Below are positions 47,399 to 57,024 of a stretch of 64,000 bases of DNA, one piece after another. The stretch is from an uncultured Planctomycetaceae bacterium. GTDB lineage: Bacteria; Planctomycetota; Planctomycetia; Pirellulales; PNKZ01. The notes beneath the pieces were generated by a model. It worked only from the letters and a program-made list of their open reading frames with translations, was not told the origin of the DNA and ran no database searches. Location: NCBI GenBank assembly GCA_964652155.1, contig CAZZBK010000008.1, positions 15,261-79,260 of the forward strand, read 5' to 3'. Made by a program: the position numbers and the translations under genes. Numbering within the stretch: position 1 is the stretch's first letter; every line of letters begins with the position of its first letter.

Positions 47399-48939
47399 TC
47401 GTAGTTGACCTGCTTTTCGACGGTGCGCAATTTACTCAATACTTGCTCAGGCGCGACGGGCGAGTTGCCTTCGTGCTCACAGGCGATCGCGGCGCTCATG
47501 CTGCCGAGAATCGAGGCGATGACGCATGAGCGGGACGCGGCCAGCCCGAGAGTTGCATACGACAGCAATGCATCGCCAGCGCCGACCGGATCGACCAAGC
47601 GATCGACGAACGAGTCGACCGTGAAGAACGACCGCACCTCGCTGTTGGGCGCGCGATACGTGATCAGCCCGCGGTCTCCCATCTTCAGGATGAGAAACTT
47701 GCACTCGGCTCGCTTGTACAGTTCAAGCGCCAACGGGCGGACGGTCGAATCCTGATCGCCAAGCGCGAAGCGTGCTTCACGCTCGTTCGGGGTGATCAGA
47801 TCGAAGCCACGAAAGTCGAGAATGTTACCCCAGCGGCTGGCCACCTGACTGTCGGCCACTTTCAGCACGTGATCGGGAATCGCCTCGGTCAGTTCGCTCA
47901 CGCTCTGACGGTTAAACAGTCCGTGACGAAAATCGCTGAACACGACAATATCGGCCGGCTCGCTGGCAAGCTGCGTTTTGAGCGTGGCGAGGATCTTGTC
48001 TGAAATCGGCCGATTGTCGAGCTTGTCGACCTTGAGCATTCGATACCCGCCGGCAATAAAAACGTTCTTCTGAATCGTGGGCCGGGTGCGGTCGACAATC
48101 GGCAGCGCCTTGACTCCGGCGTCTTGCAGGTCGTTGAGGACAAAGTCTTTGAACGGGTCATCACCGAGCACGCTCGAGAAGGTCACCTCGGCCCCTGCGC
48201 GGCGCAGGTGCTTGGCGACGATCGCCGCGCCACCGGAATAATCGACCTGATTCTCGAATTTCAGGCTCATCGTGGGCGTTTTGCCCACGCCGCCCGTGGG
48301 AGAGCAGAACGTGTACGAGTCGACGATCGTGTCTCCCAATACGTGGACGCGCAAGCCGGGAAACGTGGCCAGTGTGCGACGCAAGTCGTCGAACGTGACC
48401 GACTCGGACTCCATGAGCACGTGCAACTTGTCTGCCGAGAGGTTGGGAGGCGAGGCTTCGATGACCGCCGACGACGAATAGATCACATCCCCCGGCGTGA
48501 AGATGATCTCACCGCCGTAGCTTTCGAGCACCGCGAGCTCTTGAGCTGTATTGGGATGGATACCTGCCGCGTTATATTCATAACCCTTGGCAAAATAGTC
48601 GGGCTGAATAAACTTCAGGTTGTCGAGTGGCGTGGGGTTGTCGTCGATTACGACGTAGTCGACGACCTCGAGCGCGGCGAGGTTCATCGCCCGCAATTGC
48701 TGTGGCACGTAGGGTCGCAGATTGGCCTTTTGGATGTGCGCGTCGCAGGTCAGGCTGACAATGAGCTTGTCGGCCTTGCTCTTGGCGTACATCAGGTGGC
48801 GGATGTGGCCTGGGTGGACGATATCGAACGTGCCGTGGCACATGATGACGGTCGCGCTGCGCGGGCGTGGGCCGATGTCGGCGACCAATTCTTCGCGGGT
48901 CTTGATCTTGCGGCGATAGTTGGGCGTTTCGCTGCTCAC
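47395..48939 (-). CDS. Bifunctional nucleotidyltransferase (N-term, HxGH) / PfkB sugar kinase (C-term); HldE-like with swapped domain order
   Basis: N-terminal CHGTFDIVHPGHIRHL (cytidylyltransferase superfamily). C-terminal VLGDTIVD...DPVGAGDA (PfkB). A GTG start at 48939 follows GGAGAA and overlaps the upstream stop (GTGA). Confidence 0.8.
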   Translation of the reverse strand: MSSETPNYRRKIKTREELVADIGPRPRSATVIMCHGTFDIVHPGHIRHLMYAKSKADKLIVSLTCDAHIQKANLRPYVPQQLRAMNLAALEVVDYVVIDDNPTPLDNLKFIQPDYFAKGYEYNAAGIHPNTAQELAVLESYGGEIIFTPGDVIYSSSAVIEASPPNLSADKLHVLMESESVTFDDLRRTLATFPGLRVHVLGDTIVDSYTFCSPTGGVGKTPTMSLKFENQVDYSGGAAIVAKHLRRAGAEVTFSSVLGDDPFKDFVLNDLQDAGVKALPIVDRTRPTIQKNVFIAGGYRMLKVDKLDNRPISDKILATLKTQLASEPADIVVFSDFRHGLFNRQSVSELTEAIPDHVLKVADSQVASRWGNILDFRGFDLITPNEREARFALGDQDSTVRPLALELYKRAECKFLILKMGDRGLITYRAPNSEVRSFFTVDSFVDRLVDPVGAGDALLSYATLGLAASRSCVIASILGSMSAAIACEHEGNSPVAPEQVLSKLRTVEKQVNYE

Positions 48940-49937
48940 GAAGCTTCTCCTTCGAGCGCCGCAAACCAGCTTTTGGTGGCCTCGCGAATCGAGTCGGGGT
49001 CCCAGACCGGCGCTTGCCGCCAGTAGTCGATGTTCCGCAGCATCTCGGCCACCCCTTGCTCGAAACTCACCTGCGGCTCCCAACCCAACTGCGAACGAAT
49101 TTTGCTAATGTCGGCCCAGGTGCAGTCGGGCTCCCCAGGCCGCTTGGGCACATGCACCACCGGACCTTGCAGCAGTTCAACCAGTCGATTGACCGCCTGC
49201 GGCTTGCCGGCACCCACGTTGAAAATCTCGTGCGAGCGGTCGGTCTCGGCCGCTGCGAGAAAGGCCCTGGCCAAATCGGTGACGAAAACGAAGTCCCGTG
49301 TCTGCGTGCCGTCACCCACCACGGTGAACGGTTTGTTGGCCAATTTTTGGGCCAGAAACACGCCGAACACCGCGCCGTACGCGCCCGTGGTGCGCGAGCG
49401 TGGCCCGTAGGCATTAAAGATCCGCACGGAGTTGACCGGCAAGTGATAGACCTTGCCCCAGTGGAGCACGGCCTGCTCGCCCTGATATTTGCTCAGCGCG
49501 TAGGGGTACTTCGTGTCGATGGGGGTCGATTCTTTCGTGGGCAACTCGGTGGTCAGGCCGTAACACGATGAACTGGCCGCGTAGACAAACTTCTTCACGC
49601 CGGCATGTCGCGCGGCTTCGAGTGCCTTGACCGTCCCCATGACGTTGGTCGCCATGTACTCGACCGGTTTTTCGATCGAGGGGACGATATCGCCGATGCC
49701 GGCGAAATGAAAGACGTACTGGGCACCGGCGAAGGCCGGGTCATCCGCGGCCGTTTCGCGAATGTCCTGGTTCACGAAACGGAAGCGCGGATTCGCTTGC
49801 ACTTGGCGCAGGTTGTCGAGCCGCCCGGCATACAGGTTGTCGATGCCGCGCACCTCGAAGCCGCGTTCAATGAGCAGATCGACCATGTGACTGCCGATGA
49901 AGCCCGCCGCGCCGGTCACCACCGCAATGCTAGGCAT
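48936..49937 (-). CDS. NAD-dependent nucleotide-sugar epimerase/dehydratase (extended SDR)
   Basis: VTGAAGFIGSHMVD and YALSKYQGE (YxxxK) motifs. Confidence 0.88.
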   Translation of the reverse strand: MPSIAVVTGAAGFIGSHMVDLLIERGFEVRGIDNLYAGRLDNLRQVQANPRFRFVNQDIRETAADDPAFAGAQYVFHFAGIGDIVPSIEKPVEYMATNVMGTVKALEAARHAGVKKFVYAASSSCYGLTTELPTKESTPIDTKYPYALSKYQGEQAVLHWGKVYHLPVNSVRIFNAYGPRSRTTGAYGAVFGVFLAQKLANKPFTVVGDGTQTRDFVFVTDLARAFLAAAETDRSHEIFNVGAGKPQAVNRLVELLQGPVVHVPKRPGEPDCTWADISKIRSQLGWEPQVSFEQGVAEMLRNIDYWRQAPVWDPDSIREATKSWFAALEGEAS

Positions 49938-50943
49938 GACTGGCGGCCCCTTCGGTCTGCTTCATGAGATGCTTGACGTTGAAGTGTTGCTCGTCGAAGC
50001 TGTTCTTCCACTCGCCGCGACGGAACGCCCGGCACAAATCGCGCACGGCGTCATCAATCGTCCGACGCGGTTTATAGCCCAGCTTCTCGGTGATCTTCTT
50101 CGACGAGACATGATACGAACGCAGATCGTTCGACGAGGTCGTCTCGATGCGGATCGGGGCCTTCTCGGGCATCTCCTGCTCGACGATCTTCTTGGCGATT
50201 TCGGCCAACTGATTGACCGTGTGATTCTCGTAACCGGCGTTGAACGTCTCGCCGGCGATCTTGTCGGCGGGCATGTCAAGCAACTCGACGTACAGATCGG
50301 ATATGTCTTCGATATGAATGTTGGGGCGCTTTTGCGAGCCGCCGAAGACGGTAATCACCCCCTTGTTCACCGCGTGGTTCGTGAGAATGTTCACGGTCAG
50401 GTCAAACCGCATCCGGGGCGAATAGCCACACACGGTCGCAGGACGGATGATGACCGTCGTGAAGTCGGGTGCTTGGTAGCGGAGCAAGATCGGCTCGCAC
50501 ATCCCTTTGTATTTGTTGTAGTCAGTAAGCGGCACGAGCGGATGCTCTTCGGTCACTTCCGGAGCATCGCTGACACCGTAGACACTCGAGGTCGAGGCGT
50601 AAATAAAACGCTTCACGAGAGCGGCTTTGCTGGCCTGGACTATCGGCTCAAAGCAGTCGTAATTGATCGACACGCTCAGCGACGAGTCGAGCTCAAAGCT
50701 CGGATCGTTCGAGATGCAGGCTAGGTGCAACACGATGTCGCAGCCTTTGACCTCGCGGGCAAAGTGCTCGGTGTCGCGAATGTCTCCCTTGACCACCTTG
50801 AGTTTCGGATGCGGCTTGAGCCCCTCGGAGCCAAACAGCATCAGATCGAACACGACGACCTCATGGCCGGCCGCCAACAGCTTGGGAACCGTGATGCAGC
50901 CGACGTAACCGGCTCCGCCTGTGACCAGAATGCGATGTGACAT
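49930..50943 (-). CDS. NAD-dependent nucleotide-sugar epimerase/dehydratase (extended SDR)
   Basis: ILVTGGAGYVGC and YNKYKGMCE motifs. ATG at 50943; the track extension to 51105 overlaps the transaldolase gene. Confidence 0.88.
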   Translation of the reverse strand: MSHRILVTGGAGYVGCITVPKLLAAGHEVVVFDLMLFGSEGLKPHPKLKVVKGDIRDTEHFAREVKGCDIVLHLACISNDPSFELDSSLSVSINYDCFEPIVQASKAALVKRFIYASTSSVYGVSDAPEVTEEHPLVPLTDYNKYKGMCEPILLRYQAPDFTTVIIRPATVCGYSPRMRFDLTVNILTNHAVNKGVITVFGGSQKRPNIHIEDISDLYVELLDMPADKIAGETFNAGYENHTVNQLAEIAKKIVEQEMPEKAPIRIETTSSNDLRSYHVSSKKITEKLGYKPRRTIDDAVRDLCRAFRRGEWKNSFDEQHFNVKHLMKQTEGAASHA

Positions 50944-51052
50944 GGGGACTCGTCTGAGATGAAAGGGGTTAGGGATGATAGGGTTCGGTTCGACTCGCCA
51001 GGGCGAGTTCAAATCGTGCTGCGAAATTTGATCGAGCGCCGCGAGGTCGACG

Positions 51053-51793
51053 CTAGCGACGGCTCCGCGCGGTGCAATCGAGCGTGTAGCCCGCCCGTTG
51101 GGCATCGTCGAAAAACATGTGGACCGTTTCGAGCGAGTAGCTGTCGAGGTCCTTGCCGACGAGCGGCAGCTTGGCGAGCACGTCGGGGGTCACGGTGATG
51201 ACCTGGCAACCGATCGCGTCGGCCTGGAAGATGTTGAGCAACTCTCGGGGGCTGGCCCAGATCAGTTCCCAGTTGGGCTGCGGTGCCAGCAGAGCGACCG
51301 TCTGTCGCATCATGGGAATCGGGTCGCGGCCCGTGTCGGCCACGCGTCCCGCAAAGACCGAAATGTAACACCGCACGGCCGGGTTCAGTGCCGGCAGCAC
51401 GCTTTCGACCTGCGCCAGGGTCATGATCGCGGTGATGTTGACCTGCACGCCATCGGCCGCCAAGCGTTGGATGAGGGGCACACACGACTCGCCGCGAGTG
51501 TTTGTGATCGGGATCTTGACGTAGACGTTTTCGCCCCAAGAGGCAATCTCGCGAGCTTGTGCTTCCATCTCCTCCCAATCGTCGCAGAGCACTTCCAACG
51601 AGATGGGTCGCCCATGAATTCGTGCGAGCACCTGCTTGGCAAATGCTCGGTAATCGACGACCTGCGCCTTGCGCATGAGCGTGGGGTTGGTCGTGAATCC
51701 TTGGATGAGCGGGTTGGCGGCCATCTTCTCAATCACCGGCAACTCAGCGCTGTCGGTAAAGATTTTGACCTTCAATGTGTTGAGCAACGACAT
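51053..51793 (-). CDS. Transaldolase family protein (Fsa/TalC-type)
   Basis: GFTTNPTLM, VYVKIP (Schiff-base Lys) and ISVFAGRVADTG motifs. Confidence 0.85.
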   Translation of the reverse strand: MSLLNTLKVKIFTDSAELPVIEKMAANPLIQGFTTNPTLMRKAQVVDYRAFAKQVLARIHGRPISLEVLCDDWEEMEAQAREIASWGENVYVKIPITNTRGESCVPLIQRLAADGVQVNITAIMTLAQVESVLPALNPAVRCYISVFAGRVADTGRDPIPMMRQTVALLAPQPNWELIWASPRELLNIFQADAIGCQVITVTPDVLAKLPLVGKDLDSYSLETVHMFFDDAQRAGYTLDCTARSRR

Positions 51794-52012
51794 GCGGCAG
51801 ACCTTGTGGATGAGACGAGCCGGACGGTGGTCCTGGTGGCTGAACTCAGCATGCGAAGCGGAACCGCTCGCGTGAGACTGAACTCAACGGTATTCCTTTT
51901 AGGCTAATTACGCATTCTTGCCGCAGAAGTGCGCGAAAGCGAGTAATGAGCAGAATGAAATATTATCGTGCTGGAAAAATCGGTGAAATCGGAAAACTTG
52001 ACGGGATCGGAA

Positions 52013-52588
52013 CTAATTCGCGCCGTGCGGCTTTAAGCTCCACGGCCCACGCGCCACCAGCGCGGCGTTTTGCAGGATCCAATCCGTAGCCTCGGTGAGC
52101 GTTTTCACGCGGGCATCGGCATGGTCGGGCCGACGCTCCTGGTACTCGGTTTGGATCCAAATTGTTTTGCAGCCCGCAGCCCGGCCTGCGTCGATATCGC
52201 GCCAGCGGTCGCCCACCAGAAACGAGCAGGCCAAATCGATCTCGGCCTGCTGGGCAGCGGCGAGCAACATGCCGGGCTTGGGCTTGCGGCAGTCGCACTC
52301 GTCCGCGTCGACATGGTAGCAAACCCGGATGTCGTCGAGCGGCAACGTGTGCCGCAATCGCTCGTGCATCGCCTCGACCACGGACTGCTGTTGGAGGCCG
52401 GTGCGGACATCGGGCTGATTCGTCACCACGACGAGCCGAAAGCCCGCCACCTTGAGGCGACGCAACGACTCGGCCACATCGTCGTACAGTTGAAACTCGT
52501 CGAGCGTCGCGGGGGGGTAAGGCTTCCCCTGTCGAATGATCGCCCGATTAAGGACCCCATCTCGGTCAAGGAATACGGCACGGTTCAT
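52013..52588 (-). CDS. gmhB: D-glycero-D-manno-heptose 1,7-bisphosphate phosphatase (HAD-IIIA)
   Basis: VFLDRDGVLN, VVVTNQ and CDCRKPKPGM motifs. ATG at 52588; the 339-aa track ORF is an artefactual extension. Confidence 0.88.
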   Translation of the reverse strand: MNRAVFLDRDGVLNRAIIRQGKPYPPATLDEFQLYDDVAESLRRLKVAGFRLVVVTNQPDVRTGLQQQSVVEAMHERLRHTLPLDDIRVCYHVDADECDCRKPKPGMLLAAAQQAEIDLACSFLVGDRWRDIDAGRAAGCKTIWIQTEYQERRPDHADARVKTLTEATDWILQNAALVARGPWSLKPHGAN

Positions 52589-53184
52589 GGCGCGGCCGAT
52601 TCCCATTTGGTGGCCTGGGCCTGGAGCCGCGGATGGCTCACCAGACCGTGCCAAATGACGGCCTGAAACGCCTCGCTGTGGGGCGTGATATGCTTGGGAT
52701 CGACCGTGGGGACGACGATGACTTCGTCGCCGACTTGCTTCGTGTAGCCGCCATCGCGACCGACGATGCCGAAGATTTTCATTCCGCGCTGCTTCGCTTC
52801 TTCGAGTGCGCGAATCAAATTGACGCTGATATTGCGCTCGGCGTTGCCACCGCCGACCGAGAGCACAAAGACCGCGTCGTTCGCCGAGGCCCGGCTGGTC
52901 CGCAGCCAAGCGGCGAAAATCGTCTCCCAACCCTCGTCGTTCGCGCGAGCCGTCAGCTCCGAGACATTGTCGCAGGGGGAGTACGTCTCGATGCCAACGA
53001 TCTTGCGAAAGTCGTTGACCGCATGACTGCAATTGGCCGCGCTACCGCCAACCCCCAAAAAGAACAGCCGTCCTTGCCGCTGCCGCAAGTCAGCCAACGC
53101 CGCGGCGAGACGCTCCATGGCGTCGGCATCAATCGCTTGGGCAATCTGGCTGGCCTGATCCAAGTAGATTCGACTATGTGACAT
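52585..53184 (-). CDS. gmhA: Phosphoheptose (sedoheptulose-7-P) isomerase, SIS domain
   Basis: FFLGVGGSAANCSHAVNDF and VFVLSVGGGN motifs. ATG at 53184; ATGA overlap with gmhB. Confidence 0.88.
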   Translation of the reverse strand: MSHSRIYLDQASQIAQAIDADAMERLAAALADLRQRQGRLFFLGVGGSAANCSHAVNDFRKIVGIETYSPCDNVSELTARANDEGWETIFAAWLRTSRASANDAVFVLSVGGGNAERNISVNLIRALEEAKQRGMKIFGIVGRDGGYTKQVGDEVIVVPTVDPKHITPHSEAFQAVIWHGLVSHPRLQAQATKWESAAP

Positions 53185-53548
53185 GAGGTCCAACAGCCAG
53201 AAGAAACGAAGCCAAGATGAGATGCCGCGCGCGCTGCGAGTCGTCGCTGCATTGGGCCAAAAACAGGCATTTTGACGCAAACCAACAGCAACGACGGGCT
53301 ATGCAGTTGAATATAGCCGATCATGTCGCGCGGTCAAACTTTATGCCTCCGAACCCGTCTGCAGGACAGCGACACTGTCCGTCGGGCATCCCACAATCCT
53401 CACAGCCGGCGCAGTCCTCCCAACCGGTCGACTCGCGACAACTTCATGCCCTGATTAAGGTCAATTCGATCGACAAACTCTTTTGCCCGCCGCGAGTCGT
53501 GTAATACTGGAAGAATCCCTTCTCGTTTCACTCGCTCTGTCACAGTCC

Positions 53549-54421
53549 ATGACACCTGGCCTGATTGTCATCGGCAAGAACAGTTACATCGGCGGCAAGC
53601 TCGTCGAGTATGCCGAGCGCTGGGCCCTGCCGTGCCTCGCCTGGGGCTCGAGCGATTGCGATTTCTTGAACATCGAGCAGGTGCGAGAAGTGTTCAGCGC
53701 CTTGCCTCGGCAACCCTATCAGGTCGTGTTTCTGTCGGTGGTGAATAAGCATCTGGGCAATTCGTCTGCGACGTTCGACCAGAACGTGCTTATGGTACGC
53801 CATTTGATCGAAGGGCTGAGGCTGCTCGATGTGCGGTCGCTCGTGTATTTCAGTTCGGCCGACGTGTTTGGCCATCAGCCGCAACTCCCGATCAGCGAAT
53901 GGACCCCGCGCAGCCCCAGTTGTTGGTATGGGTTGTCGAAGTCCGTGTGCGAGTGGATGATGCTCGACGCGCATGACCTGAAGTGTCCGGTGACCGCGCT
54001 GCGCATACCGGGCATTTACGGCTTGGGACGCAACGAGCGGAGCATCATTCGCGGCATGGTCGAGCGTTGGGCTCAAGGTGAAACGGTCAAGCTGACGGGG
54101 GGCGGTCGAGCCTTGCGAGATTTTGTACACGTCGACGACGTCTGCCGGATCGTCGTCGAACTGTTGCGGCAACGCTATCATGGACCGCTCAACGTGGCGA
54201 CCGGACACAGCCGCTCGATGCTCGACGTGGCGCGGCTCGTTGCGCACGTTCTGAATATCGAACCCCGTTGGGAGTTGCTGCCAACGCCGAGTCGCCGCGA
54301 TTTTGATTTGGTGTTCGATCCCGCTCGACTGCAAGCGGTTGCCGGTGAGGTTGGACTGCGAGACGTGGCCGACAGTCTCGGCGAGTATCGACAGCTCTAT
54401 AACTCGTTGAATGTGAATTGA
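53549..54421 (+). CDS. Extended-SDR nucleotide-sugar reductase/epimerase (RmlD-like)
   Basis: YGLSKSVCE (YxxxK) and RDFVHVDDV motifs. Atypical Gly-rich motif GKNSYIGGKL. ATG at 53549. Confidence 0.75.
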   Translation: MTPGLIVIGKNSYIGGKLVEYAERWALPCLAWGSSDCDFLNIEQVREVFSALPRQPYQVVFLSVVNKHLGNSSATFDQNVLMVRHLIEGLRLLDVRSLVYFSSADVFGHQPQLPISEWTPRSPSCWYGLSKSVCEWMMLDAHDLKCPVTALRIPGIYGLGRNERSIIRGMVERWAQGETVKLTGGGRALRDFVHVDDVCRIVVELLRQRYHGPLNVATGHSRSMLDVARLVAHVLNIEPRWELLPTPSRRDFDLVFDPARLQAVAGEVGLRDVADSLGEYRQLYNSLNVN

Positions 54422-54450
54422 TCCTACGACAAGCAAATCTTGTGGAGTGA

Positions 54451-55671
54451 GTGATCGTGATGGTGGCCAAAGAACAGTTAGCCCTCTATGGCGGACCCAA
54501 AGTCCGGTCGACCAAGATGCCCATTCGCCAGGCGCTCGGCGAGGCCGAAGAGGCTGAGTTGATGAACGCAATTCGGTACTACCGCAACTTGGGTGGCGAC
54601 CCCGGCTACGCAGGCCATTATGAGCAACTGTTCTGTGACGAGTTCTCGAAGTTTCTCGGAGGCGGTTATACCGATGCGGTCTCGGCCGGCACGGCAGCCA
54701 TCTACGTGGGACTCAAGGCCTTGCAGTTGCCACCCCAGAGCGAGATCATCATCTCGCCGGTGACCGACAGTGGGCCGCTGGCCTGCATTATCGAACAAGG
54801 GCATATACCCGTCGTCGCCGACGCGGCCGTGAACAGCTACAACATCGACGTCGAGCAGTTTCTCCGCCGCGTCACGCCTCGCACCAAGTGCCTGCTGGCC
54901 GTGCATGCGGCCGGCGAGCCATTGGAGATCGACAAGATCGTCGCCGCCGCCCACGAGCGGGGCATCAAGGTGCTCGAGGATTGCAGCCAGGCGGTCGGCG
55001 CCGTGTGGAACGGACACTATGCCGGCACGGTCGGCGATATCGCGGCCTTCTCGACCATGTACCGCAAGAATCTCGCCGCCGGGGCCAGCAGCGGACTGCT
55101 CTTCACCAAGGATCATGATTTGTTCCGGCTGGCGCAAAGCTACGCCGATCGAGGCAAGCCGGTGTGGCGTACCGATCTCGATTTGCGCAACCCCGGCTAT
55201 GCATTCTTTCCGGCGTTGAATTGGAACACCGACGACCTCTCATGCGCCATCGGCCTCGCCAACCTGCGCCGCCTCGCCGAGACCAACGAGCGACGCCGCG
55301 CCTTCCTCAAGGCCCTGCTGCCGCGGCTCGTGGCCAATTCGAAAGTCTGCACCCCCTACGCCTTCCACGACGGTCACGCGCCGTTTTACTTTCCCATTTT
55401 CGTCGACACCAACAAAATTACCTGCGACAAATCGACCTTCGCCGAGGCGGTGATGGCCGAGGGAATTGGGCTCGGCGTGCATTATGGCTGCTTGGTCTCC
55501 ACTTGGCCCTGGGCCCAAGAGTATCTCAGCGACGACTTCATTACGACCAATGCAATCAGCACCCGCGACCGCTGTTTTCATCTGTACCTGAACGAAAAGT
55601 ATGGACCGAGCGAGGTCGAAGACACGCTCTCGGCCATCCTTAAAGTCGAAAGCTATTTCCTCAAACGATAG
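54451..55671 (+). CDS. DegT/DnrJ/EryC1/StrS family PLP-dependent sugar aminotransferase
   Basis: Family-wide pattern with a PLP Lys candidate in AFSTMYRKNLAAG. Start ambiguous (GTG at 54451 or ATG at 54460). Confidence 0.85.
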   Translation: MIVMVAKEQLALYGGPKVRSTKMPIRQALGEAEEAELMNAIRYYRNLGGDPGYAGHYEQLFCDEFSKFLGGGYTDAVSAGTAAIYVGLKALQLPPQSEIIISPVTDSGPLACIIEQGHIPVVADAAVNSYNIDVEQFLRRVTPRTKCLLAVHAAGEPLEIDKIVAAAHERGIKVLEDCSQAVGAVWNGHYAGTVGDIAAFSTMYRKNLAAGASSGLLFTKDHDLFRLAQSYADRGKPVWRTDLDLRNPGYAFFPALNWNTDDLSCAIGLANLRRLAETNERRRAFLKALLPRLVANSKVCTPYAFHDGHAPFYFPIFVDTNKITCDKSTFAEAVMAEGIGLGVHYGCLVSTWPWAQEYLSDDFITTNAISTRDRCFHLYLNEKYGPSEVEDTLSAILKVESYFLKR

Positions 55672-55707
55672 TTGTGTCGTCTCAAACGATCCGTGTCTGT
55701 TTTATGG

Positions 55708-56544
55708 ATGAGTTTGCCCATGTCGCTCGTTCCATCATTTACCAATTCGCAAGATCAACAGCTAAGCGAAACGTTCCTTCGCCAGGGTTATGTACTCCGC
55801 GACGTCGACAACCGGGCGGCCCTCGACGCCCTGCGGCACGAAGTCGTGAAAATCGTCTGCGAGCATCTGCAACTGCCGTTGCCCGAGGACGATGGCCAGT
55901 TTCTCAACCACGTGCATGAACACGTCGGCGTGGCCAAGGTCAACGAGTTGCGGCTGACCGTGTTCAATCGCATGAACGCCCAGCCGTGGTTTCGTCCCAC
56001 CTACTACGCGCTCGCCAAGTCGACGATCGACACGCTGGTCGGGAACGAATTGGCGATGCAGAACAAGATCAATTTCTCGGTACAGATGCCCAACGATCAG
56101 ACCTCGACGCTGGGCATTCATGCCGACACGTGGTCGGCCGAGACCCCTTTTCAAGTCGTCTGCTGGCTGCCGCTCGTCGACGTCTTTGAAACCAAGGCCA
56201 TGTACATACTGCCGCCACAGTACAATCGCGAGGTGGTCAAGAATTTCAAACAACTCACCGCCGACGGGGGAAGCGCCCAACTGTTCGACACGTATCGCGA
56301 TAAGTTCATTTGGGTCAGCGTTCCCTATGGCCAGGTGATGGTCTTCTCCCCCATCTTGCTGCACGGCAACATCGTCAACGTGACCCGCGAGACCCGCTGG
56401 TCGTGCAACGTCCGCTTCACCGGTTTGTTCACCCCATACACGAGCGACGAGAAGCGGCTGGGGACGTTCTATTTGCCCATCACGACCAAAGTGGTCAGCC
56501 GCGTCGGGATGAATTACCGCGAGCCCGGAGGTTTCAATGAATAA
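55708..56544 (+). CDS. 2OG-Fe(II) oxygenase-like protein (carbohydrate-cluster type)
   Basis: Putative facial triad HxD in LGIHADTW, a distal His in PILLHGN, and a downstream Arg in TRWSCNVRF. ATG at 55708. Confidence 0.65.
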   Translation: MSLPMSLVPSFTNSQDQQLSETFLRQGYVLRDVDNRAALDALRHEVVKIVCEHLQLPLPEDDGQFLNHVHEHVGVAKVNELRLTVFNRMNAQPWFRPTYYALAKSTIDTLVGNELAMQNKINFSVQMPNDQTSTLGIHADTWSAETPFQVVCWLPLVDVFETKAMYILPPQYNREVVKNFKQLTADGGSAQLFDTYRDKFIWVSVPYGQVMVFSPILLHGNIVNVTRETRWSCNVRFTGLFTPYTSDEKRLGTFYLPITTKVVSRVGMNYREPGGFNE

Positions 56545-57007
56545 CGACATCCCCACTTCTCCGCAGCGGATGGGCCTGCGCGGCTATGTGACCCATCACG
56601 AGTTTGCCGGCATGCGCATCCCGGCCCCGGTGCAGAACTTGGTCCTGCGCGACTATGCCGCCCGCAACAAACTCGTCTTCGAGCTCTCGATCGGCGAGTA
56701 CTTTTTTCCCAACTGCCACGTGCAACTCGACGGCATCTTGCGCAACCTCGACAACTTCATTGGCGTCGTGATGTGCAGTTTGTTCATGCTCCCCAAGAAT
56801 GCCGAGCACCGCCACCGCGTGTACCAGGAGTTCATCCGTCACGACGCGGCCTTGCACCTAGTGTTCGAGAGTCTGGTCATTCGTGGCGAAGCCGACATCG
56901 ATCGGGCCGAGGACATCATTCGCTTTCAGAGTGTGTTGAGCCAATGCCCAACGATGATTCCGCGCGAGTTGCTGCCGCCGCTCGAACCGATCGATACATT
57001 CACCTAA
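56537..57007 (+). CDS. Small uncharacterised carbohydrate-cluster protein (recalls the LIC12192-type 'sporadic carbohydrate cluster' family)
   Basis: 156 aa. LRGYVTHHEFAGMRIPAPVQNLVLRDYA opening. The ATG overlaps the upstream stop (ATGAATAA). Family assignment is from memory only. Confidence 0.55.
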   Translation: MNNDIPTSPQRMGLRGYVTHHEFAGMRIPAPVQNLVLRDYAARNKLVFELSIGEYFFPNCHVQLDGILRNLDNFIGVVMCSLFMLPKNAEHRHRVYQEFIRHDAALHLVFESLVIRGEADIDRAEDIIRFQSVLSQCPTMIPRELLPPLEPIDTFT

Positions 57008-57024
57008 CGAGGCGCTGGCCGACC

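Noticed and set aside
52013-53032. 339-aa track ORF suggesting a long fusion protein
   Set aside because: Only the C-terminal 191 aa (ATG at 52588) are GmhB-like. The upstream part overlaps gmhA in another frame and is Arg/Gly-rich filler.
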